The notes below the pieces were generated by a model that was given only the letters and a program-made list of their open reading frames with translations, did no database searches and was not told where the DNA came from. Positions 55,898 through 62,892 of a stretch of DNA of 64,000 bases are shown in pieces. The DNA comes from Rhabdochlamydiaceae bacterium (GTDB taxonomy: Bacteria; Chlamydiota; Chlamydiia; Chlamydiales; Rhabdochlamydiaceae). The DNA lies in the NCBI GenBank assembly GCA_017994195.1, contig JAGOLG010000001.1, positions 12,494-76,493 on the forward strand, in the 5' to 3' direction. Numbering within the stretch: the stretch's first letter is position 1; each line of letters opens with the position of its first letter. The position numbers were made by a program, and so were the translations under genes.

Positions 55898-55981
55898 TGC
55901 CGATGACTGGACTCGAACCAGCACTCTATTGCTAGAAAAAGATTTTGAATCTATCGCGTCTACCAATTTCGCCACATCGGC
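55898..55981 (-). tRNA. tRNA-Leu(CAA): tRNA-Leu, anticodon CAA (class II, long variable arm)
   Basis: GCCGATG-TG-GCG-AAATTGGTAGA-CGC-G-ATAGA-TTCAAAA-TCTTT-TTCTAGCAATAGAGT-GCTGG-TTCGAGT-CCAGT-CATCGGC-A. No encoded CCA. Confidence 0.9.
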
Positions 55982-56029
55982 AAGAGGACTAATTATGACT
56001 CAAAACCGATTTTACTTCCCCTGAAAAAA

Positions 56030-56227
56030 CTATTTAGAGGCTGTTTCTATCTCCCAGGGATAAGGTTCTGGATCGCGATGGGTAGGGGTTTTTAGGGGGT
56101 ATTGTCTTTCATCATGATTCCGATAGACATATTCCCCCTTGGCATTCTGCTCTCGGAGCCGTTCTTGTTCTGATTTTTCATGGCCGGAGCATCCAAAACA
56201 TAAAAATAATAGAAACACCTTTTGCAC
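56030..56227 (-). CDS. Small putative lipoprotein (about 65 aa)
   Basis: The GTG-start version reads (M)QKVFLLFLCFGCSGHEKSEQERL..., a short signal with a lipobox-like FGC. The longer track ORF (to 56497) overlaps ctcC and is not credible. Confidence 0.3.
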   Translation of the reverse strand: MQKVFLLFLCFGCSGHEKSEQERLREQNAKGEYVYRNHDERQYPLKTPTHRDPEPYPWEIETASK

Positions 56228-56270
56228 ATTAATAGAAATTTTTTTAAAGTGCGGATAAAAGATAAACAAC

Positions 56271-57542
56271 ATGAAACACGTTCTCCTCCAGAGCTGCGAT
56301 ACTCTTTTATTTCCTGAAGGACATATCACAATTGCGAAAAATAACCAATCTTTACTCCAACATCTCCGTGAGAAAAAATTTGATCTGGTCATTGTGGAAG
56401 AGCTCGAGTTATTCGATCGCATCAAGCAAGAGTTCCAAACGGTTCCTATTGTAGTAGCTCCGCTTATTGGGTCTATCTCTGAGGCGGTCGAAGCCATGCG
56501 AAGAGGCGCCTTTGATTATATCGTGAGGCCTTTGTCTGCTGCTCATATTGAAAAACTCCTTGAGAGGCTGAATGCGCCGGCGCCTAAAAAGGCAACCATT
56601 TCTAGTGCGAAAAGAAACCGTCATGAAGTGATTTTATCAGAAAGCGTGGTGATGCAAAAAGTTCTGGCAGACATTGAAAAGATTGCTCAAAGCAGCGCGG
56701 CTGTCTTCATTTCAGGAGAATCGGGTACGGGAAAAGAAGTCATTGCGCACTCCATCCACTACCAATCTCCGCGTGCAAATAGACCGTTTGTGAAAGTAAA
56801 CTGCGCAGCAGTGCCCGAGTCTCTCATCGAATCTGAATTTTTCGGTCATGAGAAGGGATCATTTACAGGTGCTTTAGAACAAAGAATGGGACGCTTTGAG
56901 CTTGCTCATCAGGGGACGCTTCTTCTCGATGAGGTCTCAGAAATCCCCCTCGCTCTACAGGCAAAACTTCTGCGTGTGGTACAAGAGCAGGAATTTGAAA
57001 GAGTCGGCGGCACAAAGCCGATCCATGTCGATGTAAGATTAGTTGCGACCTCCAATCGAAATATGAAAGCGATGGTCGATCAAAAACTTTTTCGTGAGGA
57101 TCTTTTCTTCCGTCTGAATGTGATTCCTATTCAACTACCTCCGCTTCGTGAAAGAAAAGACGATATTTTGGGGCTTGCTAATTACTTTCTTGAGAGATTT
57201 TGCGAGGAAAATCAGAAGAAGAAAAAGACTCTTTCTCCTGCAGCGCAAATGTGCCTTCTGGACTATCCCTGGCCGGGAAATATCCGCGAGCTGGCCAATA
57301 CCTTAGAGCGGGCGGTCGTGATGCATGCGGGTGATACGCTCGACATCCTTCATCTGAATCTTGATCCGGCATCTCCTGCTCTTTTGACGCTTCCAATTAG
57401 CAGTGAGCAAACTTTAGCTGATGTCGAGAAGCAGCATATTTTGGAAACCCTTTCTCGGTTCAATCATAACCGCAGCAGGGCCGCAGAGGCACTCGGCATT
57501 AATGTCCGCACACTCCGCAATAAGCTAAATCAATATCAATAG
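56271..57542 (+). CDS. ctcC: Sigma54-dependent transcriptional activator (NtrC/AtoC/CtcC type) with a degenerate receiver domain
   Basis: GESGTGKEV (Walker A), GHEKGSFTGA (GAFTGA variant), LLLDEV, and a C-terminal Fis-type HTH NRSRAAEALGINVRTLRNKL. Confidence 0.9.
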   Translation: MKHVLLQSCDTLLFPEGHITIAKNNQSLLQHLREKKFDLVIVEELELFDRIKQEFQTVPIVVAPLIGSISEAVEAMRRGAFDYIVRPLSAAHIEKLLERLNAPAPKKATISSAKRNRHEVILSESVVMQKVLADIEKIAQSSAAVFISGESGTGKEVIAHSIHYQSPRANRPFVKVNCAAVPESLIESEFFGHEKGSFTGALEQRMGRFELAHQGTLLLDEVSEIPLALQAKLLRVVQEQEFERVGGTKPIHVDVRLVATSNRNMKAMVDQKLFREDLFFRLNVIPIQLPPLRERKDDILGLANYFLERFCEENQKKKKTLSPAAQMCLLDYPWPGNIRELANTLERAVVMHAGDTLDILHLNLDPASPALLTLPISSEQTLADVEKQHILETLSRFNHNRSRAAEALGINVRTLRNKLNQYQ

Positions 57543-59120
57543 ATACTCTTCGATGATCTCTTGAAGAAACTTCCACTTATGCCGGCTGAAAGGAACTTCT
57601 ATATTCAAGAGAAAGATGCGCTCAAGCGCTTCTAAAGCGGGTGCAAGGGTCAGCTTGTAGGCTTTTTCCTGCAGGAGATCTTCTTCATAGATGATTGCTT
57701 TGCCGCTTCCTTCCGGCTCTTGCTCTAAGAGTTTTGCAAAATGCAGACACCTCTCAAAGCTCTCTTTAAATCCTTTGAGGGTTGTGTTCAGTTTTGCATG
57801 AGTCACGTTTGTGGGATGAGATATAAGCTTTTGAAGATCGATGGAGGTTTTTGGAAGATCGATAGGACGATGAGGTATAGAAGGAAACCCAAGTCCTTTT
57901 CCGGTGAGATTGATGAAAGTTATTTCCGGATAAAGTTTTGTATAAGCATCGATTGTCTGCTGCTCCATCACCCATTTGACTAATGTTGCAACTCTTTTGC
58001 CTTCGGCGCCTTTTCGGTAGATCACCTGCTCGCCAGCTCGTGTTTCTTGTTTGTGCTTTGTAGCCTTTGTAACATGGACAGGGACTCCTTTTGCATAATG
58101 GTCCCCTCCTGAGTAAGCAAGATCAACTCCTGCAAGTATAATTGGAGAGCATCCCCAGAAACAGGCAAGCGATAAAGCCAATGTTGTAACAGAAAGTGCC
58201 TCACGGCCAAGATCCAGACCGACATCAGATTCAGTAAGACCTAGTTCTTCTTCAATGGCTTTTTCAAGCGGACTTCCCGTCGGCGAACAAAGATAGCCAT
58301 AGGGGCCGTCAAAAAGATCGAACACTCCGGGGTAAACTCGATTGCCGTAGATCAAAGGAAGGTCGCGGTAAGTACATCCTTGAAGGCACTCTTTTTCCCT
58401 AGCGTTCGGGTCGATTGCTAACCCAATGTGAGGCCTTAAGTTAAAGTAAGAGAGGGATGAGAGCGCCGATCCGCATCCAATGATAAGTGCTTTGTCTTGC
58501 AGTTTTCTGAGGTCTTCAATAACAGGGCTGAGCGAAGGGCCAGCTCCACAAATAACAGCAGGTTGGCCTTTGAAAGCGTTTTTGGTTTGGTTCACATAAA
58601 AGCTCTCTGGGACCTTTTGAAAATTAGACAAAATATTGCGATGAAGAATATGGCCTGAAAGACTTTCAGAAGTGAGTGAATTCCATAGGACGGTTTTGCG
58701 AAGAAGGGAGAGCTTGATTGATTGAAAAATTTTGGTTTTTTTCCTGAGGGTTGCAACAGCGATCCGCTCTGAGGGGAACTCCTTAGCGCAGAGCTCTAAT
58801 CTTAAGTCGCGGGGATAGTGGAGAAATTTAAGATGGACTTGGGGGTGGTCCAGCAGCCTCTTTCCCCAGGGCAGCGCAGTCAGACGATGGAGGGCATATA
58901 GATCGTCTTCTAAAAATATGAGATGCCTTCCTGAAACCGCTTCTAACCATTCTTCTACTTCTAAAAAGGGATGGCCATCTGAAAGTCCGTAGACGTAGAT
59001 AATGTCTAAATTTTCGAGAGGCAGGTTCAGTTTTTTTTCACATGGGGAAGGGTCTACTTGGTCCTGTTTGAAGCCCGCAAGATGAAGCTGAAATTCTAAA
59101 TCGGGATACTTCTCAAGCAT
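57525..59120 (-). CDS. DUF115/MptE-like domain protein (Maf-like putative glycosyltransferase), 531 aa
   Basis: PAVICGAGPSL...ALIIGCGSA...GLAIDPN...ILAGVDLAY core. Confidence 0.65.
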   Translation of the reverse strand: MLEKYPDLEFQLHLAGFKQDQVDPSPCEKKLNLPLENLDIIYVYGLSDGHPFLEVEEWLEAVSGRHLIFLEDDLYALHRLTALPWGKRLLDHPQVHLKFLHYPRDLRLELCAKEFPSERIAVATLRKKTKIFQSIKLSLLRKTVLWNSLTSESLSGHILHRNILSNFQKVPESFYVNQTKNAFKGQPAVICGAGPSLSPVIEDLRKLQDKALIIGCGSALSSLSYFNLRPHIGLAIDPNAREKECLQGCTYRDLPLIYGNRVYPGVFDLFDGPYGYLCSPTGSPLEKAIEEELGLTESDVGLDLGREALSVTTLALSLACFWGCSPIILAGVDLAYSGGDHYAKGVPVHVTKATKHKQETRAGEQVIYRKGAEGKRVATLVKWVMEQQTIDAYTKLYPEITFINLTGKGLGFPSIPHRPIDLPKTSIDLQKLISHPTNVTHAKLNTTLKGFKESFERCLHFAKLLEQEPEGSGKAIIYEEDLLQEKAYKLTLAPALEALERIFLLNIEVPFSRHKWKFLQEIIEEYLLILI

Positions 59121-60483
59121 AAAACCGGTCAGAAAGAGTTTTAATCAATAAAATGCGGTGGACAATCATCGCATCAGGATGGTTCTCAGGCGATCGTTTT
59201 AATACAATTTCCCAATGGTTCCAAATAGGATCGATGACCTGATGGATCGCTTCTTGCGCATCGATTTCCTGAATAATGTTCCTGCAGGTTTCATCACCAG
59301 AGGGCAGCCCTGGGAAAATCTTTTGAAAACGGGTGAGAAATTGATCGACAAGCGTGCGGCAGGTTTTAAAACTTTGACTCATTTCTTGCCAGGTAGCTTT
59401 TCCAGATTTCTCCGGACATGCTTCAAAAACTTGCTGAGCAAATATAGAAACCCCATCCACCCCTGGGCAATGATTTAACTCAAGGGCTTCAAGCGCCGGC
59501 ATGAGAGGATTTGTTTTGGAAAGAAGACCCCACTTAATATCTGGATGTTCTACGACCCACTTGTTCATCCATTCGGCAGCTAAGAGCCAGTCTGATCTTG
59601 TCTGAACGGCTGTACCGTCCGGGAGTGTTATTTTGATCAAACTCCCTTCTTGCGGAGGCTGAACACCTTTAGCATAAACATTGGAAGCGGCTGAAAAATC
59701 AATCCCCGCTAAATAAACCGTCCGGCATCCCATCGCTGAAACAAGCGATGCTCCGCGGGTGGCCGCCGTCCAACCTCCGTCGGTAGGAAATTCAAGTCCC
59801 ATCCTCTGTTCAATCCATCTCTCCAGAGGAAACTCTCCTGAGCCCGTCATTAAGAAACGGGGGCCTTTCATTTGAGAGACAACTTCATGACTGGTCCGCA
59901 GTTGATAGAAAAGAGGGATAGAGGTCTTGGGAAACTTATGATAAGGATCGGGATCGACGTGAACTGCCAAATGAGGCTGCACACCGGCAGTCAGAAGCGC
60001 TTGCATTCCTGCGCCGCATCCTACAATTAAAAAACGGTCGTTATTTTGTTTTAAAAATGGAATGATCTCTTGAAGGGAAGGTCCTGCGCCGCAAACAATG
60101 GCTGGAAACTTTTCAAACCGTCCGAAACACTCGGTGGCAAGCTTAGTAGGGTTTTGCAAATTAGACCTGAAATTTGTCAGGAGCTTTACGCCTTGGTCTA
60201 GATAATCAGTAGATCTAAAATGGGTTTCGGTTTGGATGCGCGCAAGCCTTTGCAGAGCTGGATGTGCTCCTTCTTCATAGACAAATGGCAGGTAAAGAAG
60301 CTGAGTTGCAATTTGCTGGAGCGAGAGTTCATTGTCCTCTGCGTTAAGAATGCGTGGATGATCGGCTTTTTTTTCAGGGCCTATCCAAACCACATATCGA
60401 TCGGGCTTAGCATCCACCCATTGTGTCAGCTGCTTCTCGTCTCCTTTTGTGACACAAAATACTTCACCCCCTAATTCACTCAT
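59113..60483 (-). CDS. DUF115/MptE-like domain protein (Maf-like), 456 aa, paralogue
   Basis: PAIVCGAGPSL...FLIVGCGAG...LAVHVDPD...YLAGIDFS core, colinear with the downstream paralogue. Confidence 0.65.
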   Translation of the reverse strand: MSELGGEVFCVTKGDEKQLTQWVDAKPDRYVVWIGPEKKADHPRILNAEDNELSLQQIATQLLYLPFVYEEGAHPALQRLARIQTETHFRSTDYLDQGVKLLTNFRSNLQNPTKLATECFGRFEKFPAIVCGAGPSLQEIIPFLKQNNDRFLIVGCGAGMQALLTAGVQPHLAVHVDPDPYHKFPKTSIPLFYQLRTSHEVVSQMKGPRFLMTGSGEFPLERWIEQRMGLEFPTDGGWTAATRGASLVSAMGCRTVYLAGIDFSAASNVYAKGVQPPQEGSLIKITLPDGTAVQTRSDWLLAAEWMNKWVVEHPDIKWGLLSKTNPLMPALEALELNHCPGVDGVSIFAQQVFEACPEKSGKATWQEMSQSFKTCRTLVDQFLTRFQKIFPGLPSGDETCRNIIQEIDAQEAIHQVIDPIWNHWEIVLKRSPENHPDAMIVHRILLIKTLSDRFYA

Positions 60484-60913
60484 GGAGGGCCTCGATTAAT
60501 TCATGATAAGAAGGAAACCGAGGAATTTCACACGAGCGGCAAGAGAGTTGATACCGAAAACGAACTTCAAACTGATTCACGATCGCTACATAGGGGGCTT
60601 TTACATAATGGTTATAACTGAGCACTTGATCCAGCGCTTCTTGTGAAAGCGCGCTTTCTTTACATTCGATTAGTACAAGAGGGATTACTGTATCACCTTT
60701 TTTCATAAATGAAAGAAGATCTATCCGCCGTGTGGGAAGTGAGCTTTTAACCTCTATTAAATGTGGAAGAGCTTTAAGCTCTTTTTCTACGGCTAGCAGC
60801 TCCTTAGGAAATTTTAGCTCGCCGATCATCCGTTGGATCCATGTCTGGCGCACCACCTCTTCAGGAGTAGCAGCGACCCACTCGTTTCTTAGCGGATCAA
60901 ATACCTGTTTCAT
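60476..60913 (-). CDS. Stand-alone HsdR-N-terminal-like (PD-(D/E)xK fold) protein
   Basis: TPEEVVRQTWIQRMI...FPKELLAVE...RRIDLLSF...PLVLIECK fits the type I restriction enzyme R-subunit N-terminal domain pattern. Confidence 0.6.
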   Translation of the reverse strand: MKQVFDPLRNEWVAATPEEVVRQTWIQRMIGELKFPKELLAVEKELKALPHLIEVKSSLPTRRIDLLSFMKKGDTVIPLVLIECKESALSQEALDQVLSYNHYVKAPYVAIVNQFEVRFRYQLSCRSCEIPRFPSYHELIEALHE

Positions 60914-61545
60914 TCTGGAAGAATAAGTCCATAATTGCCATCGTTACGACGGTAGATGACTTTAAGCTTCTGATCTTCTTCCCCGCGATAAAGCATAAAT
61001 TTATCGTCGGAAAGCTCCATTTTCATAACCGCTTCTTCCGTTGTCAGCATTTTCATCGGACGTGTATCTGTTCCAATGACCTGGGGCATTTCATACTCGT
61101 GCATTGCTTCAGAAGCGTTTTCAATTTCGATCGACTCGTTAATCAATTCAATATCTGTAAATGGGCGCTTTAAAACATTAACTTGCAGATCTACAACCGA
61201 ACGAGACTTTTTATGATGGTCTTGAATCCGGCTCTTCCAACGTCTGATCTTTGCTTGAAGCTTCTCGATCGCTTTATCAATCGAGGCATACATATCCGTG
61301 CTGCTTGCAGAAACTTTTACCCTTAAGTGTTCTAGGTGGAGCATAATGATGACAGACTGCTCCATTTTTTGAACATCCATCGTCACATGAATATCCATGA
61401 TATGGTTGTGAAACTTCTCAATCTTTGAAATTTTTTCAAAGGCATAATCTTTCATAGAATCTGTGACATAAACATTACGTCCCAGAATGTTGATTCTCAA
61501 ACCCAACGCTTTTTCTTGTTCTGTAAATTTTGCTTTGTCAACCAT
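60910..61545 (-). CDS. hpf: Ribosome hibernation promoting factor, long form
   Basis: INILGRNVYVTDSMKDYAFEKISKIEKFHNHIMDIHVTM..., plus a C-terminal dimerisation-type extension ...FMLYRGEEDQKLKVIYRRNDGNYGLI. Confidence 0.9.
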   Translation of the reverse strand: MVDKAKFTEQEKALGLRINILGRNVYVTDSMKDYAFEKISKIEKFHNHIMDIHVTMDVQKMEQSVIIMLHLEHLRVKVSASSTDMYASIDKAIEKLQAKIRRWKSRIQDHHKKSRSVVDLQVNVLKRPFTDIELINESIEIENASEAMHEYEMPQVIGTDTRPMKMLTTEEAVMKMELSDDKFMLYRGEEDQKLKVIYRRNDGNYGLILPE

Positions 61546-61573
61546 GCCGAGCTCCTTTTAGGGGTCTTTTGGC

Positions 61574-61579
61574 ATTATA
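61574..61579 (-). promoter_or_regulatory. Candidate -10 box (TATAAT) for the hpf operon
   Basis: Minus strand: ...cagttgcattcgTATAATgccaaaagacccctaaAAGGAGctcggcATG. The -35 is weak (TACTCA at 17-nt spacing). Confidence 0.35.
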
Positions 61580-61607
61580 CGAATGCAACTGATTTTTGAG
61601 TATGACA

Positions 61608-61774
61608 TATACCGTCCGTCATTAAAAAAGTTATATTTGGGCTGCGTCAAAGCCCTGGGGTTGGTCTATCACAACTGGGTCAGTATTAATGCAATACGGA
61701 CCCAGTTGTGATAGACCAACCGCAGGAACTTTCACGTCAGACCAAATGTAACTTTTTTAATGACGGACGGTATA
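61608..61774. repeat. 167-nt nested palindrome: 33-nt outer arms, a 23-bp perfect inner stem, and further small hairpins
   Basis: Outer arms 61608-61640 and 61742-61774 (1 mismatch). Inner arms ggttggtctatcacaactgggtc 61659-61681 and 61699-61721. The loop has its own GTATT/AATAC stem. A GGGCT/AGCCC hairpin lies at 61639-61655. Confidence 0.88.
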
Positions 61775-62792
61775 ATTCTTTGTTTCCTAGCTGGCCGCAT
61801 GCAGCCATGATGCCACGTCCCTTGTGGTGCCTTAAAAGGACCTGATATTTTTTTTCTTTTAGCCTTTGAAAGAAAGCCTCCTGCTGCTCAAGCTCTGGAG
61901 GAGAAAATCTCGTTCTTCTCTGAGCATTATAGGGAATCAGGTTCACCTTCACAGGCAGCCCTTCTAAATAATCCGCTAAAAGATCTGCATGGTCAAGACC
62001 GTCATTCAAATCTTTTAAAAGAACGTATTCAATTAAAATTTCCCGTCTTCCAGTAGTGACATATCTGTGTAAAGCTTCTCTGAGTTGTCCCATCGACCAT
62101 TTGTGATTAACCGGCATAATTTTAGAGCGGATTTGATCGCTCGGCGCGTTGATTGAGACAGCTAAGTTAATAGCTTGATCTGCCTCCTCTGTAAATCGAT
62201 CTAGAACATCCACTACTCCGCTTGTTGAAACCGTGATATGGCGAGGGCCCATTCCAAAACCTTTAGGGTCGGTCAACACTTTTATGGCTTGCATCACATT
62301 ATCATAGTTATCAAACGGCTCGCCCATCCCCATGAAAACAATATTTCGAATCGGTTTTTTGAGCACATGCTTAGCAATGAAGAGCTGCTGGACAATTTCT
62401 TCAGGTTTTAGATTCCGGATAAGCCCCATCCGTCCTGTCTCGCAAAAGGTGCATCCCATCTTGCAGCCCACCTGAGAGGAAACACAAAGCGTGAGTCCTG
62501 CTTTCATCGGGATAATAACAGATTCCGTTTCAAGACCATCTTGAAGCTTTATTAAGATTTTTTTCACATCCCCATCTTCCAAAATTTTAGAAATGGGATC
62601 GCATTTAAAATTTGCAGCTTCAATCATTTTTTGTACAAGATGCATCGCTTGCGGCTCGACCCAAGAAAGATCAGAGAGATCGCCTTTTCTCACATAATGT
62701 TGATAAAGACGCTCAGCATGGCGCCGACCCCTTCCCATGAGTGAAACCATTTGATCCGCGAACTCTGCTTGCGTAAGAGAAAGTATAGACAT
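61737..62792 (-). CDS. RlmN/Cfr-family radical SAM rRNA methyltransferase (second paralogue in the window)
   Basis: LCVSSQVGCKMGCTFCETGRMGLIRNLKPEEI, IVFMGMGEPFDNY, GIMAACGQL. Confidence 0.85.
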   Translation of the reverse strand: MSILSLTQAEFADQMVSLMGRGRRHAERLYQHYVRKGDLSDLSWVEPQAMHLVQKMIEAANFKCDPISKILEDGDVKKILIKLQDGLETESVIIPMKAGLTLCVSSQVGCKMGCTFCETGRMGLIRNLKPEEIVQQLFIAKHVLKKPIRNIVFMGMGEPFDNYDNVMQAIKVLTDPKGFGMGPRHITVSTSGVVDVLDRFTEEADQAINLAVSINAPSDQIRSKIMPVNHKWSMGQLREALHRYVTTGRREILIEYVLLKDLNDGLDHADLLADYLEGLPVKVNLIPYNAQRRTRFSPPELEQQEAFFQRLKEKKYQVLLRHHKGRGIMAACGQLGNKELYRPSLKKLHLV

Positions 62793-62866
62793 CGCACCGA
62801 ACAGGACTTGAACCTGTAACCACCCGGTTCGAAGCCGGGTACTCTATCCGATTGAGCTATCGGTGC
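62793..62866 (-). tRNA. tRNA-Arg(TCG): tRNA-Arg, anticodon UCG
   Basis: GCACCGA-TA-GCTC-AATCGGATA-GAGT-A-CCCGG-CTTCGAA-CCGGG-TGGTT-ACAGG-TTCAAGT-CCTGT-TCGGTGC-G. No encoded CCA. Confidence 0.9.
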
Positions 62867-62892
62867 AAAAGGTAAAAAGATAACATAGCTAT

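Noticed and set aside
55861-55906. The duplicate of the tRNA-Leu 3' end considered as an integrase att site marking a genomic island.
   Set aside because: The copy is inverted rather than direct, only ~9-13 nt long, part of the terminator palindrome, and no integrase or foreign block is adjacent.
55720-55935. 71-aa plus-strand ORF.
   Set aside because: It runs through the GC-rich leader, the terminator and into tRNA-Leu on the opposite strand, so it is not coding.
56273-56497. The upstream two-thirds of the 155-aa minus-strand ORF 56030..56497.
   Set aside because: It overlaps the N-terminal coding region of the sigma54 activator on the opposite strand. Only the distal lipoprotein-like part is plausible.
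61569-61586. TGGCAT...GC sequence resembling a sigma54 -24/-12 promoter near the hpf operon and the sigma54 activator.
   Set aside because: The GG-to-GC spacing is off by 2 nt, and it lies on the plus strand pointing away from hpf. On the minus strand a TTGCA is present but has no GG at -24.
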